From Nemertoderma westbladi (Eukaryota; Animalia; Xenacoelomorpha): 35,642 nt of DNA. The translations under genes and the position numbers were made by a program. The stretch covers positions 1 through 35,642 of the forward strand of contig JAUCBJ010002012.1 of NCBI GenBank assembly GCA_032718475.1, read 5' to 3'. Below are positions 1 to 11,591 of this stretch, piece after piece (positions within the stretch are counted from its first letter, which is position 1; each line of letters starts with the position of its first letter). The notes below the pieces were generated by a model that ran no database searches, was not told where the DNA came from, and saw only the letters and a program-made list of their open reading frames with translations.

Positions 1-2529
1 TCAATGTCCATCGCGAGCATCGCTGCAGCTTGTCTCCTGGCGGCCCTTCCTTTGGATGGTAGCGGGATCATGTCCGTCCGTCTCTCCAACTCGGTAGTGC
101 GTGCCTCTAGAAACCACTTTCCGTCACCGAATTCTTCTTTGTAGGAGTATAAGCGCCTGAGGATCTTGAAGGGACCGAATAATCCAGCGCTCAATAGTAG
201 ATCCACATAATGGAATGGTAGTGTCGCTGCCGTATGGAGGCGTTCTGGGAACGAGAAGTATCCGCACGCCATCTCTTGCGCGATATTTCGAGCACTTCTA
301 CGCACTTTGGTCTTTACGTGGTTATTGGCATAGGTTTCAAACATAACCATATTTCCCATAGCTGTTACGTCCTTAGTAGGACACTTTATGTTACAACGGG
401 GGCTCTGCGGAATGTCCACGGAAACCGCATTTTGTGCAGAGGTTGTAAAGGGTAGGACAAACCGAAACATCGTGGCCCGATATCGCGCAATAGGGACAGT
501 AAAGTATCCCAAGGAGCTGGAGGCACGAATCGGTAACCCGATTTCTCCTTCCGCGTGGACACTGTTCCGAACCGCAGTTTCCGCACACCTCCAGTTGCAT
601 CTCCCGGCCGAAGAATATCGGGATCGGTACGCCGGCGTAATACTCCAGCCGTCGGTCACTTTTGGGGATACTCGCAGTAGCCGGTAGCCCGCGGAATGCT
701 GGGCTTTGGCGGAGTATGTTCTCGCTACGATAACCTTCCTTATAGCCCGCCGGTCGCATCCCGGGAGCCCGTTTCTGGTGGTGGATCCACTCGGTTTGTT
801 CGGCGTACCACCGGGTAAGTCGCATAGGGTCTTGTGGAACGGAGGGGGCCGTCGCCACAGCTCGGTCGGCGAAGGGGTGCCGGGGCGTTCGCCGGAGGAA
901 TTCCGAGGAGGTCTACAGGGGTTGGAGCAACGCTGGGACCCTTCGCAACCTGTATAGCTGAGCGGGTCCGCTGGGTGCTGGTGCTCGGGATCTCCGAAGA
1001 CCAGTCTTCTCCCCCCGGGAACGGATATGGAGATCACCTCTGACAGGTGTCGCCGAAGTCGCTAAGCGCGTAGGTGGTTACTAACTCCCTAGCGGGACTG
1101 CCAGAGCCAAGCGGGGTGGATACGCCTGCTTCCGTCGCAGGTTCAGCCGCGGCGACCCGTTTGGCGGCTGGTTCGTAAGCGACTTCCGGATCGAGTTGTC
1201 GCTTTGGGGTGGACAGCAGGACACCTTCCTGTAGCCATAATTCCTCCCCGTCCGATGATATCAGTGGTTCCTCTGCACCGAGGAGATAACATCGTAGGGA
1301 TGTCAAACGGTCCGTTATCATCCCAGGATGCGATGACGTTGAGCGTTTTCGTATCTCCCGGTGGAATATTCTCTACCGCTTTGAACGCGTGGTCGATAAC
1401 TTCGTTCCACTCATAGTCGATAAAGGATCTAGGAACCGCATTAATGAGTTTATCGAGAGTCTTGCAGATGAACTTGGCAACAGTATATGATTCCATTACG
1501 ATGTAGATATAGTTACGTCGATCCGGATTCTCCCATTTCTGGTGGATCGTCCATTTTCTTTCTACGTCCCTCCAACGATTCTCTCGCTCGTTCGTTATCT
1601 CTAATTCCGAGTGTGCGCCATATATCTTGTTATAGTCCAGGAATTTCTGAGGTTTAAAGTCTATACCGCCGTTAAGCACCGCGAGGTAGCCGATACCGGA
1701 TTTCGTCGGTCTCACTTCCCGGAATCCATGCATGAATTCTGTGGATCGCAACCAGGCTAACAGGGTTTGGGTGTCGACAAAGTGACTAATGGCGCTGAGG
1801 TCTTCTCGTCGGTTTCTTCCAAATGGAGCGTTGGCGTAGTCATTCCGGGTATCCGCCTTTATATCCGACCCAATCTTGATAACATCGAAATCAAATAGGA
1901 TCTGTTGGATCTCAGGTGGTAATAACCAGATCGCTCCAGATGTCCACACCTCCTGTTTGGGTGTCGGGAAGATCCGACATAATAACACTAGACCGTCTAG
2001 GGTTCCGAGGACGACGACCAATGATCAACCGTATTCCTTCGTCCCATACTTCTCCTGGTAGTCGTCGCGGTTCTGGATGACCGATATACGCTCCTCTCGT
2101 AGTGTCGTTGTACATTCCGCTAGGTTTCCCCAGTGGGTGAGGTATGTACTTTTGTCATCAACGAAACTTTGGCATCGCGCCAATGTAATCGCTTTCGAGG
2201 TGGGCGTCGTGTTTCCCTCGTTGTCGTCAAACACCGGGATTTGTAGACGCTTCTCCGGAACGTTTCCCAGAATGACAACTCCGCTCCTCCGGTTGCCTTT
2301 GCGTTCCGAGTTCTTTTCAGGCTCGTACTAGCATCGGACAACCAGAGCTCTCGTAGATTACGGGAATCCGGTTCCTCCGGCACGGAGAATTTAACGATTT
2401 GCACATTCTCTGTTTCTCTGTTATCTCGGCGTTCCATTTCGTATCAAAGTTAGGAGATCCAGGCTGTGGATATTCCAGTAAATCGAGAGTGTTACGTAAT
2501 TCGCCGAGAATTTGGCGATTGGAGTCCAT
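1..2529 (-). pseudogene. Extra ORF downstream of integrase: 3'-5' exonuclease-like (DEDDy/WRN/RNase D-type) region plus CCHC zinc knuckles, several frameshifts and stops
   Basis: Joinable fragments from ATG 2529 through 2327-1143 (LPPEIQQILFDFDVIKIGSDIKAD...FVDTQ, ExoII-like), 1321-1034, and 858-391 (CGNC, CPYCAISGHDVSVC, CTKCGFRGH). After a C-run frameshift near 400 the frame stays open to position 1. Confidence 0.65.
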
Positions 2530-3047
2530 ATTTTAGATTATGTCTGTTGCAAATTTACATCAGTTAATTATAAATCCAGAAAGTCTGATTCTATAGTGAC
2601 TGCAGAATAATTCAGTTTATTATTATTCAGTTTATTATTGCTAAATAGGCATCTACCATCTTATTGCTACTACATTCAGTATTTACAGTTACTATAGCTA
2701 TACATTAATATCCAACCAGTTTTTTGACTTTTTATGTCCTCTTCTTTTTCCAATTATTTTCTTTTCTACATTTTATACATTTTTTTTTGTCTTTTTTCAT
2801 TTCTCATTTCACATTTCACTATTTCATCATATTTCATCATTTATTTCCACATTTCATCATTTATTTCCACCATTACATTGGGGTTATAGCCCCCCGGCTA
2901 TTATCATTTGTTATAAGCGCAGCACCAGGGTGCGCATCATTACATTTACATCATCATACGCGTCATCATTCAGTTTATAGTAGGGTTGTCTGTTTCTTTT
3001 CATCATTTCCAACTACATTCAACCATCTTCTTTAGGAAATTTTCGTT

Positions 3048-3465
3048 ATGGAAGGGGTGTTACGCGGCAATCTGGGATCTACAGCTGGGCTAGTTACACC
3101 GCCTACACCCCAAACTGCACACGTAACAGACAATGAAGACGCTGGAAGTGAAGTCACGTGGAATGCACCAGGGACCCACCAGAATAACACTCCCAACAAC
3201 ATAAAGCTCAGCCGACGAAGTCATGTGGGATGGGGTTACGCAACATTCTGGGATCTACAGCTGGACTAGTTACACCGCCTACACCCCAAAATCCACATAA
3301 CGGTCCCACCAGAATAACACGACTGAGAAACATAAAACCTCTATCGACGAAGTCATGTGGATGCACCATGGACCCACCAGAATAACGCGATAGAGGGGGT
3401 GTTGCGCGGCAATCCGGGATCTACAGCTGGACTAGTTACACTGCCTACGCCCCGAACTGCGCATG
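3048..3465. repeat. Three imperfect ~170-bp tandem units between integrase and the extra ORF
   Basis: GGGATCTACAGCTGG(G/A)CTAGTTACAC near 3073, 3250 and 3415; CCCACCAGAATAAC near 3175, 3305 and 3373. Confidence 0.9.
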
Positions 3466-3747
3466 CAACGGACAACACTATACAACACAATGGATACAAT
3501 GAATTCCACTTCAAATCTTTACCATTTCCAATAATCCAATGTAGTTGGTCCCGATGACCAAAATCAGGGTGAACAATACATAAACTACCCTGCGTCAGTC
3601 GAAACATCTGCAGGGTGACGCTGGACTCCACATAACACACGAGAAAACACAAATACCATTGCGTGGTTACAGTTGGTTTAAGGGGGTCCATTATTCATTG
3701 TCGGTAAATCACATTTTAAAAGAGTTTGTCAACACGATGGGAAGGGT

Positions 3748-5001
3748 TTAAACGGGTTTAGCATTGTCACCAATGTCTTCAGCAGGATCCTGAGTAGGGA
3801 ACCTAACACCTCTCGTGGAGTCACCACTGTCATTGCCTTCGAGAAGGCACAGCCTCTGGATAGGGCGTTGGTAGTGGCCCTTCGATGTCCGCATCGTCAC
3901 AGTCCTCGCAAGTCTGTCTTTACTTGGGGTTATTTCCAAGACTCGCGCCACAGGCCAGTGGACGCGGTCTTTAAGGTCTTCCTTAACCAGCACCATGTCG
4001 CCAACTGCGACGTTCCTGTAGGTGGTATTCCACTTCCTCCTGGTCCGGAGGGTTATGAGGTACTCTTGGGCCCAGATTCTCCACCAATGCGCTGCCAGCG
4101 CTTGGGCCTTTTTCCAATTGGTATGTCTCGCAATATCGTTGGGATCTGGGAACATTGCCTCTGGATGTACGTTGGTTTTGGGTCTTCCAAGTAGATGGTT
4201 AGGTGTAAGAGGCTCCAGATCTGTTGGGTCATCGTGGATAGGTACGATTGGCCAGTTGTTCAGGGTGGCCGTGATCTTGCAGAATGTAGTGCGAAGGGTG
4301 TCGTGGGTTACCTGGGTATCCCCTAATGCGACGCGCATGGATCGTTTCAAGAAGTCGATGAGTTTCTCCCATACCCCGCTCGTATGGGGTGCCAAGGGCA
4401 TTTGGAAGTGCCATTGTATATGGTGTTCCTTCCAGACTTGGGATGCAGTCTCTTCGGTGAACCATCCCCCGATAGCCTCTCTGAGTTCCCTTCTGAAGTT
4501 CGTTCCATTATCGGAGTACATATGCCGGCATGATCCGTTGTTTGCTACGAACCGACGCAGAGCATTGATAAAGGCATGCTGCGTGAGGTTTACTACGAGG
4601 TCTAGGTAAATCACCCTTGACCTAAGGCATGTGAAGATGGCTCCCCAGCTTTTGATGTTCGATCGTCGCTCGATGACAGTAAATGGTCTGAAACAGTCTA
4701 CTCCGGTTACATAGAACGGCGGTGAATCAGACTGCAGCCGTGTAGTCAGTAGGTCGGCCATTCTTTGGGTGAGCGGTGGCGCTAGGTATCGTCTGCAAGG
4801 GAAACAACGTTTTAAGACTTTCCGGATCAGTGGCTGGATGTGGGTGATCCAATATCTTTGCCGGATGTTAGCCATAATCCAGTTCTGGCCCGCGTGATGG
4901 TTTTCCTCGTGGCACTGTTGAATTAATAGCTTGGCTAGTGTTGATGTTCCGGGCAGAAGCGCTGGGTATTTGACTTCATATTCGACTGGGGTGTTTGCCA
5001 T
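3748..5001 (-). CDS. BEL/Pao integrase (C-terminal part of pol, locally open)
   Basis: HEENHHAG...CFPC zinc domain; catalytic VTGVD, YSDNGTNF, GVWEKLI; C-terminal WWRIWAQEYL...VGDMVLVKE...WPVARV typical of BEL integrases. Confidence 0.95.
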   Translation of the reverse strand: MANTPVEYEVKYPALLPGTSTLAKLLIQQCHEENHHAGQNWIMANIRQRYWITHIQPLIRKVLKRCFPCRRYLAPPLTQRMADLLTTRLQSDSPPFYVTGVDCFRPFTVIERRSNIKSWGAIFTCLRSRVIYLDLVVNLTQHAFINALRRFVANNGSCRHMYSDNGTNFRRELREAIGGWFTEETASQVWKEHHIQWHFQMPLAPHTSGVWEKLIDFLKRSMRVALGDTQVTHDTLRTTFCKITATLNNWPIVPIHDDPTDLEPLTPNHLLGRPKTNVHPEAMFPDPNDIARHTNWKKAQALAAHWWRIWAQEYLITLRTRRKWNTTYRNVAVGDMVLVKEDLKDRVHWPVARVLEITPSKDRLARTVTMRTSKGHYQRPIQRLCLLEGNDSGDSTRGVRFPTQDPAEDIGDNAKPV

Positions 5002-7517
5002 CCGGGTATTTAGTCAGATCACTCCATCTTCCCCCATCATGGGTCTCAACTGGTAGACTGGACTGTCCGGTTTCAAGGTCTTGCCCGCACTGAGCTGTTC
5101 CCATTCATCGGGGAAACTTTCTTTCTGGACATATCTAACAATACATTTTTCTGCAATAATGAGTTCTCATAAACTTCGTCGAACTATCGGTGTATTATCC
5201 CTCCACCGCAGGAAGTTACAAAGAGTCATGACGTGGTGGATAAGATGTCTCATCGAGGAGGTTCGCTCTATCAATAGGTGTAAGGACGCAGCTGGTTGCG
5301 TAGTGGTCGCAATATTATAGTGCCTGTCTGAGTCCTTTGCAGGCTCGGTCAGGCAACTATAGATTTCCACGGTGGCACTTCCATGGACTTTACGAATCTA
5401 CTTATCATCTTCTGAATATTTCCCGCTATCTAGTTCGGGATCGAATCGGGTGCTCCAGGTAAGTTGTGGCTGCTGTAAGAATTCCGGGCCTATGAGCCAA
5501 AGTTTACTCTTACCGAGCTGTAGTGGGCTGGTGCCTCTGCTCGATAAGTCCGCCGGGTTTTCTTTCCCGTTTACGTGGTGCCACTGTTCTCGGCCGGTAC
5601 ACTGTTTTATTTCCGTGGGTTCGCTACGAACGTGGTGTGTCGCCGTGATGGTGAGTGGAGGTAGTAAAGCACGATACTCGAATCAACCCAGAAATGCTGC
5701 AATTCGATGGGGATTCTTAAGTTCCGCATGATCATGCGGTTCTGCCTCACTGCCCAGACTGTGGCCTGCAGCTCGAGTCTAGGGATTGTTGCTACAAATT
5801 CCCCGGATACCATCTTAGCCTTAGAGAATAAGAAGATCGTATCACCATTTCCATCCTGGCTTAATCTTCTTAGGAAGATAACTACGCCGATTCTGGTATT
5901 CGATGCATCCGAGAAAGTATGGAGCTGGAATATATCGGTGGGTAGTTTGTCGAGGAAGAACGGTCGAGGGATCCGCATGAGGTTTAGATGTTCAAGTTGT
6001 TCCGTCCACTTTCTCCATTTGGCACTGAGGTGTGGGGGGAGTTCTTCGTCCCATCCCAGTCCTTCTATCCACATTTCTTTGATCAAATTCATTCCAGCCA
6101 ATGTTACTGGGGATATGAAGTTTAATGGATCAAATATGGCACTCTTTACAGATAAACATCCCCTCTTAGTCATTGGTTTGGGTAGGGGATTATATTTGAA
6201 GATGAACTGGTCCAATTGTATGTCCCATTCGATACTGAGTACACGGTGATCCACACCCTCGGAATACATTTTGTTGTCGTCTAGCCTGATTTCTTCCGGG
6301 AACCTTTCCATAAGTTCCTTATCATGGGATCTAAACTTTACGAGAGGGAAACCGCCTCTCTTTAAACATTCCACCATTCCCATAGCCAGCTGATATGCCT
6401 CGTCGACATTGTTGGCGCCAGCGCATCCGTCGTCTACATAGAAACATCGTCGGATGGTCTCTATGACTGTTGGAGGGAACTCATTTTCACACATAGTCGC
6501 TGTTTTCTTCAACATGTCGCTACATGCCACCGGCGAGTCCTTAGCGCCGAAGATTCTGACAATCATTCGCATTACATCCACATCCTTCAAGGTGAGTTGA
6601 TTTATCTCCTGTGGAGTTAATGTTTTATCTGTCCACAATATACGTAGGCAATCTGAGTCTCTTGGTAGCATTCGGACCTGGTGGAACATCGCTTTGATGT
6701 CGCATGTGAAGGCTATTTTGTTTTCTCTGAACCTGATCAATACGCCGATAAGTGTACTGTAGATGTTGGGCCCGGTGAAAAGTTGGCTGTTCAAGGATTC
6801 GCCCTGATACATAGCCGCAGCATCATTTACTACCCGGATTTTACCGCCCTTCCGGGCTTCCACCACATAGTGGGTTGGGAGGTAATACGTCCATTTAGTC
6901 CCCTGTAGTTCATTCCAGGGCACCATTTCCGCCAATCCATCTTCTAAATATCCTTTAATCACATTATTGTATTTCTCCTTTATCTCGGGTAGCTCGTTTA
7001 ACCGGCATAGGATACCCTTGAGCCTCCTAAGGGCCATGCTGGCATTATTCGCCATCGGTCTATCTGGGTCTTTCCAGAGCATGGGCGAACACCAATGTCC
7101 GTCTTTGAACGTTGCCTGGTCGAGAACGTCAATACAATATTGATCTTCCTCGGACGGGTTCTCGTCCTTCTCAGCAAACTCCTGAGTCTCTAAGTAGAAA
7201 TAATTTGTCATCTCCTGCTGGGTTTTTTCGGTTTCCAGGAATAAATCCTCGCCCAGGTCGGTTGCTGAACAGTAACCCACAGATGTTGCATTCTCTTTGA
7301 TCTGGCATTTAGGGAGATATGTATATGTGTCGGTAGTCTCCTCTTTGATGCCGCAAAGTGTCCATCCCATGATGGTGCACTCCGCATAAAAACTGTCATC
7401 CGGCTTTACGGATTGGGCAATGTCTCCGGTTGGTATATCTAATTCCGGTGTATCGAGTCCGATTAATAGCGTAATTCGGTTCACGTCCAACGCTGGGCAT
7501 CTTAGATCCACATCTTC
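5002..7517 (-). pseudogene. pol: BEL/Pao reverse transcriptase and RNase H
   Basis: Same frame as gag across a TAG at 7518-7520. Motifs YYLPTHYV, KIRVVNDAA, DIKAMFHQV, FGAKDSP, YVDD, LHTFSDAS, IPRLELQA, FWVDSSIVL, FVAN. Frameshift near 5620 continues into WHHVNGKENPADLSSRG. Confidence 0.95.
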
Positions 7518-10474
7518 CTATTCTAACTGTATGAGGGGTGTGTATTCAGATGATTGTCGGAACCGCACTCGGAGATCGGTGTGTACCAGAGCGTTTTTTA
7601 TCGTCAGTTTGACCGTCTCGTAACCCTTCATAACTCCTTCCATCCTGAGTTGTACCTCCCCGGATTCCACTTCTTTATGGTTGGTTATCATCTGCATGTG
7701 CCGCTTGCAATGTTCGTAGTCTAGGCCTAGTTGTTCGAGGAAATCCCGGTTGATGATGGTTCCGTCCGACCCGTTGTCAAGGAATGCGAGTGTTGTTAAG
7801 GATTTCCCGACCCCTTGGATTCTTACTGGGATCACTTTGGCGAAGACCATATAATGGCGGTTTATTAAATTGACCATAGCTGATATACTGGTCACATGTG
7901 ATACATCGGCGGTGGTCTTAAATGGATTGGTTTCCCTCCGCTGAATCGTCAGGGTACCCTTGGAGACGTGATTCGTTTCTCCTCTGCGTTTGGATTCGAT
8001 CCGGAACAGTAGGGTGGTGAAATCGAAATTTGCAGGAATGTGGAGGAGTGTATGATGTCGTAGGTCGTTACAGACCGCGCAGCACGACCTTTGGTTGCAA
8101 TCCCGGATGTAGTGACCTGTTCCGAGACACTGGAAGCATCCTCGGTGTTTCATTATTGCCTCGAAGTGTGGAACGAGTTCGGCAAACTGGAACTTTCTGC
8201 AGAATTCCACCTTGTGTTTCTCCCTGCAGAAGAGACATAGCAGGGAGGTTGTGGTGCCTTCCCTTTCGGGTGCCCAATTCGCTAGATAACATGCCCATTC
8301 CTCGGCTGATGTCGGTTCGTCATAGTCCTCGTCATCGGAATCCTCTGCTATGGTGATGGCCATTGTACTCACCGGAGGGGGGCGGAATCTCGGTTTCGGA
8401 GTGGGTGCCCTGCTCCTAGAGTTGTTCTCTACTCCGTCTAACTTGGAGAGACTTTGTTTGGGGAACATCGAATCGTTCATGGCTTCGGAGATGTCATCTA
8501 GGAATGCCGACATTTTGAGGAAACTAGGATCCTGATCCGGGTGTCGGCGTCGGAGATCGACACATTTATACGCCCATTTGCTTTGCAACCATCCGGGGAA
8601 CTTCCGGGCAATCTGTCGGAGGTTTAGGATGTTGTTTACCTGTTCCTCCTTGTTTAATGTTTTTAAAGTGTAGTAAGCGTCTTTCATTGAGTCCAAAAAC
8701 TCTTGGATATTCTGTGGGTCCCCTAAGGATCCAGCGTCCTGTATCAGTTTTTCAAGCGTCTTATTGATGATAGTTCCGATGTTACCATATCTTTTATCTA
8801 GAGTTTTCCATGCGTCGTGGTACGCTTCGTGAGATCCTCCCTCGAAACCTTTAATGATTCGGCGTGGTTTGTCACCCAGGTATTGAGATAAATATACCAG
8901 TTTTTGCGCGTCAGTTATGTCTGTTGATCCGATCTGAGCAAAGAACCGTTTCTTAAATCCAAGGTAATCGACGGGGTCTCCCTCGAAGGTGCAGATCTCC
9001 ATCTTGGGCATAGCCAGGCAGTTCTCCAAGGCTCGGATGATGCCGACGTCGTCTGAACTGGAATGACTAGGAGGATTGTAATTACTAACACTCTCTCCCA
9101 TACATGATGGATCGATGAGAGGTGGAGTTTTAATGATGACGCAGTTATGGATTTTCGGTGTGGACATGAACAGATTATTGGATCGAGGGGTGGCGTCCCG
9201 TTCCGAGTCCTTTTCAGGCTCGTACTGGGGAACGCTCGGTGCCGTGGGATTGGATGGGAAATAAGGTTCCTCATTCTTAAGCGTAACCGGTGGTGGATGG
9301 AATACCGGTGCTTGTGTCGATAACGTAGACTGTATGGTTGGCGGGAACTCGGGTTTCGGGGGTTTCGCAGCCGGTGGCGTAAATGACTTTTCTAACTCTG
9401 GGACCGGGATTGGTTCATAGTCCTGTTCTATACCCCTTTCCCAGTCCTCCTATAGTTGGAGGTCCCGTTCTATGAGTGCGGCCTCGTAGTCTGCGAGTTT
9501 AGCAATGTCCGCATTCTTTTTGCGAACAAGAATCGCTTGGGCCTCTGCACTTCGTTTACTCATTTCAGCCTCTTGTTTCCGTATCTCGGCCTGTTGTTCG
9601 GCCTTTACTTTACGCATTTCGGCCTCTTGTTTTTGTCGTTCGGCCTCTTGTTTCCATATCTCGGCCTGTTGTTCGGCCTCTACTTTACGCATTTCGGCCT
9701 CTTGTTTCCGCATCTCGGCCTGTTGTTCGGCCTCTACTTTACGCATTTCGGCCTCTTGTTTTTGTCGTTCGGCCTCTTGTTTCCGTATCTCGGCCTGTAT
9801 TTCGGCCTCCTGTTTATGCCTTTCCTCAGCTAATACATCCTGTTCAATCTGCAGTTGGACATATTCGTCATCCATTCGAGCTTTAAGGGCCAATGCCCTC
9901 TGTTCTTGTAGCTGATCTCGGAGTGGTTGACCCCCTTGAGAACTGCGCGCTGAACCAGATTTTTCGCTCCTAGCGCTGGAGTGCTGGTGCCTCGAGGACC
10001 CAGTTCTCTTTCGCTGAACCACGGTCCTGGTGCCGGAGGTCCGCACTGATTCCGCGTCCGCCCTTTCGGTTCTTTTGTAATACTGACACAAAATAACTAA
10101 AGAACAAAAAATATGGCCTCTTACAATACTGAGGGTCCTCCGATGTTGCTTGCGGAACTCCGCCAGATGTGCAACGTGTTCTTCCAGTCTGGGGTAGTTT
10201 TCCAGGTTGGTTGCGGGTATGAGTTCCTGATATGCCTGTATCATCCGTTCATATCGTTGTAGGATACTTCGGATTTTTTGTAGTTGAGTCTGTATGTCGC
10301 TGAGGGGGGTCTCAAATCCCTTTAGTTGTTTCTCGATGCGGTGATATGCTCGAGTCACTCGCCTTTGAGAGCGCCCAGTCGACGGGCCATGTTCTTTATG
10401 TTTGGAACCTCGTTGGTTTCCGAGTCTGTGTGGGGCTCCATTTCATCGGTGTCGGAGACGATATTCGTAGTCAT
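7518..10474 (-). pseudogene. gag: BEL/Pao Gag plus aspartic protease region
   Basis: ATG at 10474 (MTTNIVSD...GALKG), frameshift near 10360 into VTRAYHR, in-frame TAG at 9450-9452. Contains FEGDPVDYLGFKKRF...KLVYL, the BEL triple zinc motif CLFCREKHKVEFC / CFQCLGTGHYIRDC / CAVCNDLRHHTLLH, and protease AFLDNGSDGTII. Confidence 0.92.
9555..9830 (-). repeat. Coding tandem repeat in gag giving a KQEAE(M/I)R coiled coil
   Basis: Repeated ~21-nt units such as TCGGCCTCTTGTTT..., translating as heptad-like KQEAEMR / KQEAERQ / KVEAEQQAE. Confidence 0.9.
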
Positions 10475-11228
10475 TCTAGCGCCTCGTTGATTGCTAGATA
10501 TGCGATATCGTAAATAGTTCGTCGTAGGTTTCGTATTCAGCCTGGACTACCCGAACGGTAATCCTGAATCGTCCCACGTTCGTTCCTTGTACTCCTACTT
10601 CAATGTGCCAGATTCCTGGCTCAACTTGGATTATATCAATAGGTGTGATCGATACTTCCATTCCCTGTCAACGACTCTCTATTTTATAAGTTGATTCAAC
10701 CACGGCTTTGTCTTAAATCAAATACCAGAGTTTCCTCGTAATGGGTGCTTGGTAAGCACGGAGAGAGTTTGAAGAGTACTGTAGAATTCCCAACTTCCAC
10801 CAGTTGAAGTTGGCTGCGTCTTATTCTCAATTTTGTTGCCATTATTCCCGACACCATGGGGAAAAATGCCGATGCTGGAGGCGGAATTTTCAGACAATGG
10901 GATTCCAGCCAGTCACCAGATATTGGGAGTGGAGAAGGAATACTTTCTGAGATGCAAGATTGCAATTGAGAAAACGTTGCGTTGGTTGGATATAATCTTT
11001 TAATGTAACTTCCCTGCAGTTGAATCTTGATTGAGAATAAGTTGGGCTTCCCCACACCAATATACACCAAATATTCACAATAATATACGAACATATAAAT
11101 TCCTACAGTATATTATTTAATTACCCACTGTTTGCTTTAGATTTTAACCTAACTAATGTTCCCCATTTTCCCTCGGTCCTAGTCTCGGTACCGTAGTGTC
11201 GGTGTCGGTCGACCCTGTTGCTTGTCCA

Positions 11229-11591
11229 TCCCACCCTTCCCGAACCCCAAAGGGATTGGTCATCAGGAAAGCGGTACGGCTTGGCTAAGGGCCAGTCAAG
11301 TCGGTAGACCCGGTTGCGTGTCCCTCCCACCCTTCCCGAACCCCGAAGGGATCGGTCATCAGGAAAGCGGTACGGCTTGGCGAGGGGTCTGTTGGTTCAT
11401 CGCAGGGTCCCAACCACCTAAGCTTTCCGAGTCCCTTTCAGGCTCATAGTCGCTTCGGTAACCAAGAAGCTGCTCCGAATAGTCGGTAGGCCAGTAGAGT
11501 CCGGTCCTTTGTCTTTCGACCCCGTTGCGTGTCCATCCCACCCTTCCCGAACCCCGAGGGGATTGGTCATCAGGAAAGCGGTACGGCTTGG
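11229..11591 (-). repeat. Three 56-bp structured repeats in the BEL 5' leader
   Basis: Copies at 11229-11284, 11325-11380, 11536-11591. Sense strand reads CCAAGCCGTACCGCTTTCCTGATGACC(A/G)ATCCC-YTYG-GGGTTCGGGAAGGGTGGGA. Confidence 0.9.

Noticed and set aside
2724-3035. 103-aa Phe/His-rich membrane protein
   Set aside because: Low-complexity T-rich DNA with a TTG start.
7518-9452. Programmed stop read-through at the in-frame TAGs in gag-pol
   Set aside because: The element has several other stops and frameshifts, so decay is the simpler explanation; BEL gag-pol is usually a single ORF.
9456-9915. Plus-strand repetitive ORFs (LLFGLYFTHFG / SASCFRI)
   Set aside because: Antisense shadows of the gag coiled-coil repeat.
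11229-11591. Active canonical hammerhead ribozymes in the BEL leader
   Set aside because: GAAG replaces GAAA, stem II opens with C-G, and no stem I/III or NUH site could be built; kept only as a k-turn-like candidate.
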